Source of the DNA: the human T2T-CHM13v2.0 reference genome, Homo sapiens
Assembly: GCF_009914755.1 (NCBI RefSeq)
Contig: NC_060933.1
Direction: 5' to 3' (one strand)
Length of the DNA stretch: 64,000 nucleotides
Shown here: positions 41,401 through 56,400 of the stretch, piece by piece
Numbering within the stretch: position 1 is the stretch's first letter
Layout of the letters: the number at the start of each line of letters is the position of its first letter
Made by a program: the position numbers and the translations under genes
Notes under the pieces: model-generated
What the model was told of the DNA's origin: nothing
What the model saw: only the letters and a program-made list of their open reading frames with translations
The model's database searches: none

Positions 41401-44400
41401 ACTCGGGATGATTCCATTCCTTTCCATTCCATTCCATTCCATTCCATTCCATTCCATTCCGTTGCATTCCATTCCATTACATTCTGATTGATTCTATTCA
41501 ACTCCCTTACTCTCCATTACATTCCATTCCATTCGGGTTGTTCCATTCCATTCCATTCCATTCCATTCCACTCCATTCCATTGCACTCGGGTTTATTCCA
41601 TTCCATTCCATTCCATTCCGGATGATTCCATTCCATTGCATTCCGTTCCATTACATTCCCCTGCACTCGCGTTGATTCCATTCCGTTCCATTCCATTCCA
41701 TTCATTTCCATTCCATTACAATTCGATCCATTCCATTCTATTCCGTACCATTCCATTCCATTCCATACCATACCATTCCATTCCATTCCATTCCATTCCA
41801 TTCCGTTCCATTCCATTCCATTCCATTCTATTCGGGTTAATTCCATTCCATTCCATTCCATTCCATTCTATTCCATTCCATTGCAATCGAGTTGAATCCA
41901 TTGCATTTCATTCCATTCCATTCCATTCCATTCCATTCCGGAAGATTCCATTCCATTGCATTCCATTCCATTCCATTCCCCTGCACTCGCGTTGATTCCA
42001 TTCCATTCCATTCCATTCCATTCCATTCCATTCCTTTCCGTTCCTTTCCATTCCATTCCATTCCATTCCATTCCATTCCGTTCCGTTCCATTCCATTCCA
42101 TTCCATTCTATTCGGGTTAATTCCATTCCATTCCATTCGATTGCAATCGTGTTGATTCCATTCCATTCCATTCCATTCCATTCCTTTCCATTCCATTACG
42201 GATGATTCCATTCCATTGTATTCCATTCCATTCCATTCCCCTGTACTCGGGTTGATTCCATTCCATTCCATTCCAATCCATGCCATTCCACTCGTGTTGA
42301 TTCCATTCTTTCCATTCCATTCAAGTTGAATCCATTCCATTGCATTCCATTCCATTCGATTCCATTCGATTGCACTCAGGTTGATTCCATTCCATTGCAT
42401 TCCATTCCATTCCATTCCATTCCATTCCATTCCATTCCATTCCATTCCATTACATTCAGATTGATTCTATTCAATTCCCTTACACTCCATTACATTCCAT
42501 TCCATTCGGGTAGTTTCCATTCCATTCCATTCCATTCCTCTCCATTCCATTGCACTCGGGTTGATTCCATTCCGTTGCATTCCATTCCATTCCATTCAAT
42601 TCCATTCCTTCCATTCCATTACATTCGGATTGATTCTATTCAACTCCCTTACTCTCCATTACATTCCATTCCATTCGGGTTGTTCCATTCCATTCCATTC
42701 CATTCCACTCCATTCCATTGCACTCGGGTTGATTCCATTCCATTCCATTCCATTCCATTCCATTCCATTCCGGAAGATTCCATTCCATTGCATTCCATTC
42801 CATTCCATTCCCCTGCACTCGCGTAGATTCCATTCCATTCCATTCCATTCCATTCCATTCTATTCCATTCCATTGCAATCGAGTTGAATCCATTGCATTT
42901 CATTCCATTCCATTCCATTCCATTCCATTCCGAAAGATTCCATTCCATTGCATTCCATTCCATTCCATTCCCCTGCACTCGCGTTGATTCCATTCCATTC
43001 CATTCCATTCCATTCCATTCCGTTCCGTTCCGTTCCATTCCATTCCGTTCCATTCCATTCCATTCCGTTCCGTTCCATTCCATTCCATTCCATTCTATTC
43101 GGGTTAATTCCATTCCATTCAATTCGATTGCAATCGAGTTGATTACATTCCATTCCATTCCATTCCATTCCATTCCATTCTATTCCTTTCCATTCCATTA
43201 CGGATGATTCCATTCCATTGCATTCCATTCCATTCCATTCCCCTGTACTCGGGTTGATTCCATTCCATTCCATTCAAATCCATGCCATTCCACTCCTGTT
43301 GATTCCATTCTTTCCATTCCATTCAAGTTGAATCCATTCCATTGCATTCCATTCCATTCGATTCCATTCGATTGCACTCGGGTTGATTCCATTCCATTGC
43401 ATTCCATTCCATTCCATTCCATTCCATTCCATTCCATTCCATTCCGTTCCATTCCATTTCATTACATTCAGATTGATTCTATTCAATTCCCTTACACTCC
43501 ATTATATTCCAATCCTTTCTGGTTGTCTCCATTCCATTCCATTCCATTTCACTCCATTCCATTGCACTCGGGTTGATTCCATTCCATTCCATTCCATTGC
43601 ATTCCATTCCATTCCATTCCGGATGATTCCATTCCATTGCATTCCATTCCATTCCATTCCCCTGCACTCGGGTTGATTCCATACCATTCCATTCCATTCC
43701 ATTCCATTCCGGATGATTCCATTCCATTGCATTCCATTCCATTCCAATCCCCTGCACTCGGGTTGATTCCATTCCATTCCACTCCATTCCGTTCCGTTCC
43801 ATTCCATTCCATTGTATTCGGGTTAATTCCATTCCATTCCATTCCATTCCATTCCATTCCATTCCATTCCATTCCATTACAATCGAGTTGATTCCATTCC
43901 ATTCCATTCCATTCCAGTCCTTTCCATTCCATTCCACTCGGGTTGATTCCATTCTATTAGTTTCCATTCCATTCCATTCCCTTCCATTCCACTCTGGTTG
44001 ATTCCATTCCTTTCCATTCCACTCGAATACATTCCCTCCTATTCCACTCGGAACGATTCCATTCCATTCCATTCCATTCCATTCCATTCCATTCCATTCC
44101 ATTCCATTTCGTTCCATTCCTTTCTATTCCGTATCATTCCATTCCATTCCATTCCATTCCATTCCATTCCATTCCATTCCATTGTATTCGGGTTGATTCC
44201 ATTCCATTGCATTCCATTCCATTCGATTCCATTCCATTCCGTTGCATTCCATTCCATTACATTCGGATTGATTCTATTCAACTCCCTTACTCTCCATTAC
44301 ATTCCATTCCATTCGGGTTGTTCCATTCCATTCCATTCCATTCCACTCCATTCCATTGCACTCGGGTTGATTCCATTCCATTCCATTCCATTCCATTCCA

Positions 44401-47400
44401 TTCCGGATGATTCCATTCCATTGAATTCCATTCCATTACATGCCCCTGCTCTCGCGTTGATTCCATTCCATACCATTCCGTTCCATTCCATTCCATTCCA
44501 TTCCGGAAGATTCCATTCCATTGCATTCCATTCCATTCCATTCCCCTGCACTCGCGTTGATTCCATTCCGTTCCATTCCATTCCATTCATTTCCATTCCA
44601 TTACAATTCGATCCATTCCATTCTATTCCGTACCATTCCATTCCATTCCATACCATACCATTCCATTCCATTCCATTCCATTCCATTCCGTTCCATTCCA
44701 TTCCATTCCATTCTATTCGGGTTAATTCCATTCCATTCCATTCCATTCCATTCTATTCCATTCCATTGCAATCGAGTTGAATCCATTGCATTTCATTCCA
44801 TTCCATTCCATTCCATTCCATTCCGGAAGATTCCATTCCATTGCATTCCATTCCATTCCATTCCCCTGCACTCGCGTTGATTCCATTCCATTCCATTCCA
44901 TTCCATTCCATTCCATTCCTTTCCGTTCCTTTCCATTCCATTCCATTCCATTCCATTCCATTCCGTTCCGTTCCATTCCATTCCATTCCATTCTATTCGG
45001 GTTAATTCCATTCCATTCCATTCGATTGCAATCGTGTTGATTCCATTCCATTCCATTCCATTCCATTCCTTTCCATTCCATTACGGATGATTCCATTCCA
45101 TTGTATTCCATTCCATTCCATTCCCCTGTACTCGGGTTGATTCCATTCCATTCCATTCCAATCCATGCCATTCCACTCGTGTTGATTCCATTCTTTCCAT
45201 TCCATTCAAGTTGAATCCATTCCATTGCATTCCATTCCATTCGATTCCATTCGATTGCACTCGGGTTGATTCCATTCCATTGCATTCCATTCCATTCCAT
45301 TCCATTCCATTCCATTCCATTCCATTCCATTCCATTACATTCAGATTGATTCTATTCAATTCCCTTACACTCCATTACATTCCATTCCATTCGGGTAGTT
45401 TCCATTCCATTCCATTCCATTCCTCTCCATTCCATTGCACTCGGGTTGATTCCATTCCGTTGCATTCCATTCCATTCCATTCAATTCCATTCCTTCCATT
45501 CCATTACATTCGGATTGATTCTATTCAACTCCCTTACTCTCCATTACATTCCATTCCATTCGGGTTGTTCCATTCCATTCCATTCCATTCCACTCCATTC
45601 CATTGCACTCGGGTTGATTCCATTCCATTCCATTCCATTCCATTCCATTCCATTCCGGAAGATTCCATTCCATTGCATTCCATTCCATTCCATTCCCCTG
45701 CACTCGCGTAGATTCCATTCCATTCCATTCCATTCCATTCCATTCTATTCCATTCCATTGCAATCGAGTTGAATCCATTGCATTTCATTCCATTCCATTC
45801 CATTCCATTCCATTCCGAAAGATTCCATTCCATTGCATTCCATTCCATTCCATTCCCCTGCACTCGCGTTGATTCCATTCCATTCCATTCCATTCCATTC
45901 CATTCCGTTCCGTTCCGTTCCATTCCATTCCGTTCCATTCCATTCCATTCCGTTCCGTTCCATTCCATTCCATTCCATTCTATTCGGGTTAATTCCATTC
46001 CATTCAATTCGATTGCAATCGAGTTGATTACATTCCATTCCATTCCATTCCATTCCATTCCATTCTATTCCTTTCCATTCCATTACGGATGATTCCATTC
46101 CATTGCATTCCATTCCATTCCATTCCCCTGTACTCGGGTTGATTCCATTCCATTCCACTCAAATCCATGCCATTCCACTCCTGTTGATTCCATTCTTTCC
46201 ATTCCATTCAAGTTGAATCCATTCCATTGCATTCCATTCCATTCGATTCCATTCGATTGCACTCGGGTTGATTCCATTCCATTGCATTCCATTCCATTCC
46301 ATTCCATTCCATTCCATTCCGTTCCATTCCATTTCATTACATTCAGATTGATTCTATTCAATTCCCTTACACTCCATTATATTCCAATCCTTTCTGGTTG
46401 TCTCCATTCCATTCCATTCCATTTCACTCCATTCCATTGCACTCGGGTTGATTCCATTCCATTCCATTCCATTGCATTCCATTCCATTCCATTCCGGATG
46501 ATTCCATTCCATTGCATTCCATTCCATTCCATTCCCCTGCACTCGGGTTGATTCCATACCATTCCATTCCATTCCATTCCATTCCGGATGATTCCATTCC
46601 ATTGCATTCCATTCCATTCCAATCCCCTGCACTCGGGTTGATTCCATTCCATTCCACTCCATTCCGTTCCGTTCCATTCCATTCCATTGTATTCGGGTTA
46701 ATTCCATTCCATTCCATTCCATTCCATTCCATTCCATTCCATTCCATTACAATCGAGTTGATTCCATTCCATTCCATTCCATTCCAGTCCTTTCCATTCC
46801 ATTCCACTCGGGTTGATTCCATTCTATTAGTTTCCATTCCATTCCATTCCCTTCCATTCCACTCTGGTTGATTCCATTCCTTTCCATTCCACTCGAATAC
46901 ATTCCCTCCTATTCCACTCGGAACGATTCCATTCCATTCCATTCCATTCCATTCCATTCCATTCCATTCCATTCCATTTCGTTCCATTCCTTTCTATTCC
47001 GTATCATTCCATTCCATTCCATTCCATTCCATTCCATTCCATTCCATTCCATTGTATTCGGGTTGATTCCATTCCATTGCATTCCATTCCATTCGATTCC
47101 ATTCCATTCCGTTGCATTCCATTCCATTACATTCGGATTGATTCTATTCAACTCCCTTACTCTCCATTACATTCCATTCCATTCGGGTTGTTCCATTCCA
47201 TTCCATTCCATTCCACTCCATTCCATTGCACTCGGGTTGATTCCATTCCATTCCATTCCATTCCATTCCATTCCGGATGATTCCATTCCATTGAATTCCA
47301 TTCCATTACATGCCCCTGCTCTCGCGTTGATTCCATTCCATACCATTCCGTTCCATTCCATTCCATTCCATTCCGGAAGATTCCATTCCATTGCATTCCA

Positions 47401-50400
47401 TTCCATTCCATTCCCCTGCACTCGCGTTGATTCCATTCCGTTCCATTCCATTCCATTCATTTCCATTCCATTACAATTCGATCCATTCCATTCTATTCCG
47501 TACCATTCCATTCCATTCCATACCATACCATTCCATTCCATTCCGTTCCATTCCATTCCATTCCATTCCGGAAGATTCCATTCCATTGCATTCCATTCCA
47601 TTCCATTCCCCTGCACTCGCGTTGATTCCATTCCATTCCATTCCATTCCATTCCATTCCATTCCATTCCATTCCATTCCATTTCGTTCCATTCCATTCTA
47701 TTCCGTATCATTCCATTCCATTCCATTCCATTCCATTCCATTCCATTCCATTCCATCCCATTCCATTCCATTCCACTCCTGTTGATTCCATTCCTTTCCA
47801 TTCCATTCGCTTTGAAGGCATTCCATTCCATTCCATTCCATTCCATTCCATTCCATTCCATTCCATTGTACTCGGGTTGATTCCACTCCATTGCATTCCA
47901 TTCCATTCCATTCCGTTGCATTCCATTCCATTACATTCGGATTGAATCCATTCCATTGCATTCCATTCCATTCCATTCCATTCCATTCCATTCCGTTCCA
48001 TTCCATTTCATTACATTCAGATTGATTCTATTCAATTCCCTTACACTCCATTATATTCCAAACCATTATGGTTGTTTCCATTGCATTCCGTTCCATTTCA
48101 CTCCATTCCATTGCACTCGGGTTGATTCCATTCCATTCCATTCCATTCCATTCCATTCCATTCCTTTCCATTCCGGATGATTCCATTCCATTGCATTCCA
48201 TTGCATTCCAGTCCCCTGCACTCGGGTTGATTCCATTCCATTCCATTCCATTACATTCCGATCCATTCCATTCCATTCCATTCGGATTGATTCTATTCAA
48301 TTCCCTTACACTCAATTCCATTCCATTCCATTCGGGTAGTTTCCATTCCATTCCATTCCATTCCTCTCCATTCCATTGCACTCGGGTTGATTCCATTCCA
48401 TTCCATTCCATTCCATTCCATTCCTTTACATTACATTACATTACATTCCGTTCCATTGTACTCGGGTTGATTCCATTCCATTGCATTCCATTCCATTCCA
48501 TTCCATTCCATTCCATTCCGTTCCATTCCATTACATTCGGATTGATTCTATTCAACTCCCTTACTCTCCATTACATTCCATTCCATTCGGGTTGTTCCAT
48601 TCCATTCCATTCCATTCCACTCCATTCCATTGCACTCGGGTTGATTCCATTCCATTCCATTCCATTCCATTCCATTCCATTCCATTCCATTCCATTCCGG
48701 ATGATTCCATTCCATTGCATTCCGTTCCATTACATTCCCCTGCACTCGCGTTGATTCCATTCCATTCCATTCCATTCCATTCCATTCCATTCCATTCCGT
48801 TCCGTTCCATTCCATTCCATTCCATTCTATTCGGGTTAATTCCATTCCATTCCATTCGATTGCAATCGAGTTGATTCCATTCCATTCCATTCCATTTCAT
48901 TCCATTCCATTCCATTCCATTCCACTCCACTCCATTCCATTCCATTCCATTCCTTTCCATTCCATTACGGATGATTCCATTCCATTGCATTCCATTCCAT
49001 TCCATTCCCCTGCACTCGGGTTGATTCCATTCCATTCCATTCCAATCCATGCCATTCCACTCGTGTTGATTCCATTCTTTCCATTCCATTCAAGTTGAAT
49101 CCATTCCATTGCATTCCATTCCATTCGATTCCATTCGATTGCACTCGGGTTGATTCCATTCCATTGCATTCCATTCCATTCCATTCCATTCCATTCCATT
49201 CCATTCCATTCCGTTCCATTCCATTCCATTACATTCGGATTGATTCTATTCAATTCCCTTACACTCCATTCCATTCCATTCCGTTCCATTCCATTCCATT
49301 ACATTCGGATTGATTATATTCAATTCCCTTACTCTCCATTTCATTCCATTCCATTCGGGTAGTTTCCATTCCATTCCATTCCATTCCTCTCCATTCCATT
49401 GTACTCGGGTTGATTCCATTCCATTGCATTCCATTCCATTCCATTCAATTCCTTTCCGTTCCATTCCATTCCATTACATTCAGATTGATTCTGTTCAATT
49501 CCCTTACTCTCCATTACATTCCATTCCATTCGGGTTGATCCATTCCATTCCATTCCATTCCACTCCATTCCATTGCATTCGGGTTTATTCCATTCCATTC
49601 CATTCCATTCCATTCAATTCCATTCCATTACAATTCGTTCCATTCCATTCTATTCCGTACCATTCCATTCGATTCCATACCATTCCATTCCATTCCATTC
49701 CATTCCATTCCGTTCCATTCCGTTCCATTCCATACCATTCCATTCTATTCGGATTAATTCCTTTCCATTCCATGCCATTCCATTCTATTCCATTCCATTG
49801 TAATCGAGTTGAATCCATTGCATTTCATTCCATTCCAATCCATTCCATTCCATTCCGGAAGATTCCATTCCATTGCATTCCATTCCATTGCATTCCCCTG
49901 CACTCGCGTTGATTCCATTCCATTCCATTCCAATCCATTCCATTCCGTTCCGTTCCGTTCCGTTCCGTTCCATTCCATTCCATTCCGTTCCGTTCCGTTC
50001 CATTCCATTCCATTCCATTATATTCGGGTTAATTCCATTCCATTCCATTCGATTGCAATCGAGTTGATTCCATTCCATTCCATTCCATTCCATTCCATTC
50101 CATTCCATTCTATTCCATTCCATTCCTTTCCATTGCATTACAGATGATTCCATTCCATTGCATTCCATTCCATTCCATTCCCCTGTACTCGGGTTGATTC
50201 CATTCCATTCCATTCCAATCCATGCCATTCCACTCGTGTTGATTCCATTCTTTCCATTCCATTCAAGTTGAATCCATTCCATTGCATTCCATTCCATTCG
50301 ATTCCATTCGATTGCACTCGGGTTGATTCCATTCCATTGCATTCCATTCCATTCCATTCCATTCCATTCCATTCCATTCCATTCCATTCCGTTCCATTCC

Positions 50401-53400
50401 ATTTCATTACATAAAAATTGATACTATTCAATTCCCTTACACTCCATTATATTCCAATCCATTCTGGTTGTTTCCATTCCATTCCATTCCATTTCACTCC
50501 ATTCCATTGCACTCGGGTTGATTCCATTCCATTCCATTCCATTGCATTCCATTCCATTCCATTCCGGATGGTTCCATTCCATTGCATTCCATTCAATTCC
50601 ATTCCCCTGCACTCGGGTTGATTCCATTCCATTCCATTCCATTACATTCCATTCCACTCGAGTTGATTTCATTCCATTCCTTTCCATTCCATTCCATTGC
50701 TTTCCACTCGAGTTGATTCCATTCTATTCCATTCCATTGCATTCCATTCCATGCCATTCCACTCGGGATGATTCCATTCCTTTCCATTCCATTCCATTCC
50801 ATTCCATTCCATTCCATTCCGTTGCATTCCATTCCATTACATTCTGATTGATTCTATTCAACTCCCTTACTCTCCATTACATTCCATTCCATTCGGGTTG
50901 TTCCATTCCATTCCATTGCATTCCATTCCACTCCATTCCATTGCACTCGGGTTTATTCCATTCCATTCCATTCCATTCCGGATGATTCCATTCCATTGCA
51001 TTCCGTTCCATTACATTCCCCTGCACTCGCGTTGATTCCATTCCGTTCCATTCCATTCCATTCATTTCCATTCCATTACAATTCGATCCATTCCATTCTA
51101 TTCCGTACCATTCCATTCCATTCCATACCATACCATTCCATTCCATTCCATTCCATTCCATTCCGTTCCATTCCACTCCATTCCATTCTATTCGGGTTAA
51201 TTCCATTCCATTCCATTCCATTCCATTCTATTCCATTCCATTGCAATCGAGTTGAATCCATTGCATTTCATTCCATTCCATTCCATTCCATTCCATTCCG
51301 GAAGATTCCATTCCATTGCATTCCATTCCATTCCATTCCCCTGCACTCGCGTTGATTCCATTCCATTCCATTCCATTCCATTCCATTCCATTCCTTTCCG
51401 TTCCTTTCCATTCCATTCCATTCCATTCCATTCCATTCCGTTCCGTTCCATTCCATTCCATTCCATTCTATTCGGGTTAATTCCATTCAATTCCATTCGA
51501 TTGCAATCGTGTTGATTCCATTCCATTCCATTCCATTCCATTCCTTTCCATTCCATTACGGATGATTCCATTCCATTGTATTCCATTCCATTCCATTCCC
51601 CTGTACTCGGGTTGATTCCATTCCATTCCATTCCAATCCATGCCATTCCACTCGTGTTGATTCCATTCTTTCCATTCCATTCAAGTTGAATCCATTCCAT
51701 TGCATTCCATTCCATTCGATTCCATTCGATTGCACTCGGGTTGATTCCATTCCATTGCATTCCATTCCATTCCATTCCATTCCATTCCATTCCATTCCAT
51801 TCCATTCCATTACATTCAGATTGATTCTATTCAATTCCCTTACACTCCATTACATTCCATTCCATTCGGGTAGTTTCCATTCCATTCCATTCCATTCCTC
51901 TCCATTCCATTGCACTCGGGTTGATTCCATTCCGTTGCATTCCATTCCATTCCATTCAATTCCATTCCTTCCATTCCATTACATTCGGATTGATTCTATT
52001 CAACTCCCTTACTCTCCATTACATTCCATTCCATTCGGGTTGTTCCATTCCATTCCATTCCATTCCACTCCATTCCATTGCACTCGGGTTGATTCCATTC
52101 CATTCCATTCCATTCCATTCCATTCCATTCCGGAAGATTCCATTCCATTGCATTCCATTCCATTCCATTCCCCTGCACTCGCGTAGATTCCATTCCATTC
52201 CATTCCATTCCATTCCATTCTATTCCATTCCATTGCAATCGAGTTGAATCCATTGCATTTCATTCCATTCCATTCCATTCCATTCCATTCCGAAAGATTC
52301 CATTCCATTGCATTCCATTCCATTCCATTCCCCTGCACTCGCGTTGATTCCATTCCATTCCATTCCATTCCATTCCATTCCGTTCCGTTCCGTTCCATTC
52401 CATTCCGTTCCATTCCATTCCATTCCGTTCCGTTCCATTCCATTCCATTCCATTCTATTCGGGTTAATTCCATTCCATTCAATTCGATTGCAATCGAGTT
52501 GATTACATTCCATTCCATTCCATTCCATTCCATTCCATTCTATTCCTTTCCATTCCATTACGGATGATTCCATTCCATTGCATTCCATTCCATTCCATTC
52601 CCCTGTACTCGGGTTGATTCCATTCCATTCCAATCAAATCCATGCCATTCCACTCCTGTTGATTCCATTCTTTCCATTCCATTCAAGTTGAATCCATTCC
52701 ATTGCATTCCATTCCATTCGATTCCATTCGATTGCACTCGGGTTGATTCCATTCCATTGCATTCCATTCCATTCCATTCCATTCCATTCCATTCCGTTCC
52801 ATTCCATTTCATTACATTCAGATTGATTCTATTCAATTCCCTTACACTCCATTATATTCCAATCCTTTCTGGTTGTCTCCATTCCATTCCATTCCATTTC
52901 ACTCCATTCCATTGCACTCGGGTTGATTCCATTCCATTCCATTCCATTGCATTCCATTCCATTCCATTCCGGATGATTCCATTCCATTGCATTCCATTCC
53001 ATTCCATTCCCCTGCACTCGGGTTGATTCCATACCATTCCATTCCATTCCATTCCATTCCGGATGATTCCATTCCATTGCATTCCATTCCATTCCAATCC
53101 CCTGCACTCGGGTTGATTCCATTCCATTCCACTCCATTCCGTTCCGTTCCATTCCATTCCATTGTATTCGGGTTAATTCCATTCCATTCCATTCCATTCC
53201 ATTCCATTCCATTCCATTCCATTACAATCGAGTTGATTCCATTCCATTCCATTCCATTCCAGTCCTTTCCATTCCATTCCACTCGGGTTGATTCCATTCT
53301 ATTAGTTTCCATTCCATTCCATTCCCTTCCATTCCACTCTGGTTGATTCCATTCCTTTCCATTCCACTCGAATACATTCCCTCCTATTCCACTCGGAACG

Positions 53401-56400
53401 ATTCCATTCCATTCCATTCCATTCCATTCCATTCCATTCCATTCCATTCCATTTCGTTCCATTCCTTTCTATTCCGTATCATTCCATTCCATTCCATTCC
53501 ATTCCATTCCATTCCATTCCATTCCATTGTATTCGGGTTGATTCCATTCCATTGCATTCCATTCCATTCGATTCCATTCCATTCCGTTGCATTCCATTCC
53601 ATTACATTCGGATTGATTCTATTCAACTCCCTTACTCTCCATTACATTCCATTCCATTCGGGTTGTTCCATTCCATTCCATTCCATTCCACTCCATTCCA
53701 TTGCACTCGGGTTGATTCCATTCCATTCCATTCCATTCCATTCCATTCCGGATGATTCCATTCCATTGAATTCCATTCCATTACATGCCCCTGCTCTCGC
53801 GTTGATTCCATTCCATACCATTCCGTTCCATTCCATTCCATTCCATTCCGTTCCATTCCGTTCCATTCCATTCCATTCCATTCTATTCGTATTAATTCCA
53901 TTCCATTCCATTCCATTCCATTCTATTCCATTCCATTGCAATCGAGTTGAATCCATTGCATTTCATTCCATTCCATTCCATTCCATTCCATTCCATTCCG
54001 GAAGATTCCATTCCATTGCATTCCATTCCATTCCATTCCCCTGTACTCGCGTTGATTCCATTCAATTCCATTCCATTCCATTCCATTCCGTTCCGTTCCA
54101 TTCCATTCCATTCCATTCCATTCCATTCCGTTCCGTTCCATTCCATTCCATTCCATTCTAGTCGGGTTAATTCCATTCCATTCCATTCGATTGCAATCGA
54201 GATGATTCCATTCCATTCCATTCCATACCATTCCATTCCTTTCCATTCCATTACGGATGATTCCATTCCATTGCATACCATTCCATTCCATTCCCCTGTA
54301 CTCGGTTTGATTCCATTCCATTCCATTCCAATCCATGCCATTCCACTCGTGTTGATTCCATTTTTCCATTCCATTCAAGTTGAATCCATTCCATTGCATT
54401 CCATTCCATTCGATTCCATTCGATTGCACTCGGGTTGATTCCATTCCATTGCATTCCATTCCATTCCATTCCATTCCATTCCATTCCATTCCATTACATT
54501 CAGATTGATTCTATTCAATTCCCTTACACTCCATTACATTCCATTCCATTCGGGTAGTTTCCATTCCATTCCATTCCATTCCTCTCCATTCCATTGCACT
54601 CGGGTTGATTCCATTCCATTGCATTCCATTCCATTCCATTCAATTCCATTCCGTTCCATTCCATTACATTCGGATTGATTCTATTCAACTCCCTTACTCT
54701 CCATTACATTCCATTCCATTCGGGTTGTTCCATTCCATTCCATTCCATTCCACTCCATTCCATTGCACTCGGGTTGATTTCATTCCATTCCATTCCATTC
54801 CATTCCATTCCATTCCGGAAGATTCCATTCCATTGCATTCCATTCCATTCCATTCCCCTGCACTCGCGTAGATTCCATTCCATTCCATTCCATTCCATTC
54901 CATTCTATTCCATTCCATTGCAATCGAGTTGAATCCATTGCATTTCATTCCATTCCATTCCATTCCATTCCATTCCGAAAGATTCCATTCCATTGCATTC
55001 CATTCCATTCCATTCCCCTGCACTCGCGTTGATTCCATTCCATTCCATTCCATTCCATTCCATTCCGTTCCGTTCCGTTCCATTCCATTCCGTTCCATTC
55101 CATTCCATTCCGTTCCGTTCCATTCCATTCCATTCCATTCTATTCGGGTTAATTCCATTCCATTCAATTCGATTGCAATCGAGTTGATTCCATTCCATTC
55201 CATTCCATTCCATTCCATTCCATTCCATTCTATTCCTTTCCATTCCATTACGGATGATTCCATTCCATTGCATTCCATTCCATTCCATTCCCCTGTACTC
55301 GGGTTGATTCCATTCCATTCCATTCCAATCCATGCCATTCCACTCCTGTTGAATCCATTCTTTCCATTCCATTCAAGTTGAATCCATTCCATTGCATTCC
55401 ATTCCATTCGATTCCATTCGATTGCACTCGGGTTGATTCCATTCCATTGCATTCCATTCCATTCCATTCCATTCCATTCCATTCCATTCCGTTCCATTCC
55501 ATTTCATTACATTCAGATTGATTCTATTCAATTCCCTTACACTCCATTATATTCCAATCCTTTCTGGTTGTCTCCATTCCATTCCATTCCATTTCACTCC
55601 ATTCCATTGCACTCGGGTTGATTCCATTCCATTCCATTCCATTGCATTCCATTCCATTCCATTCCGGATGATTCCATTCCATTGCATTCCATTCCATTCC
55701 ATTCCCCTGCACTCGGGTTGATTCCATACCATTCCATTCCATTCCATTCCATTCCGGATGATTCCATTCCATTGCATTCCATTCCATTCCAATCCCCTGC
55801 ACTCGGGTTGATTCCATTCCATTCCACTCCATTCCGTTCCGTTCCATTCCATTCCATTGTATTCGGGTTAATTCCATTCCATTCCATTCCATTCCATTCC
55901 ATTCCATTCCATTCCATTCCATTACAATCGAGTTGATTCCATTCCATTCCATTCCATTCCAGTCCTTTCCATTACATTCCACTCGGGTTGATTCCATTCT
56001 ATTAGTTTCCATTCCATTCCATTCCCTTCCATTCCACTCTGGTTGATTCCATTCCTTTCCATTCCACTCGAATACATTCCCTCCTATTCCACTCGGAACG
56101 ATTCCATTCCATTCCATTCCATTCCAATCCATGCCATTCCACTCGTGTTGATTCCATTCTTTCCATTCCATTCAAGTTGAATCCATTAAATTGCATTCCA
56201 TTCCATTCCATTCCCCTGCAGTCGGGTTGATTCCATTCCATTCCATTCCATTCCGTTCCATTACATTCCATTCCATTCTATTCGGGTTAATTCCATTCCA
56301 TTCCATTCCATTCCATTCCATTCCATTCCATTCCATTCCAATCGAGTTGATTCCATTCCATTCCATTCCATTCCATTCCACTCCATTCCAGCCCTTTCCA

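Larger units (their letters stand above)
28690..44400 (+). repeat. ~7-kb higher-order tandem duplication (28.7-35.8 kb vs 35.8-44.4 kb), second copy enlarged by internal expansion
   Basis: TCTTTACTTTCC marker at ~29061 and ~36104 (offset ~7040). Downstream of the 1.2-kb array the offset is ~9200 (ATTCAAGTTGAAT 33120/42319; landmark 34799/44022; CTCGCGTAGA and CCGAAAGA markers in both). Confidence 0.7.
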
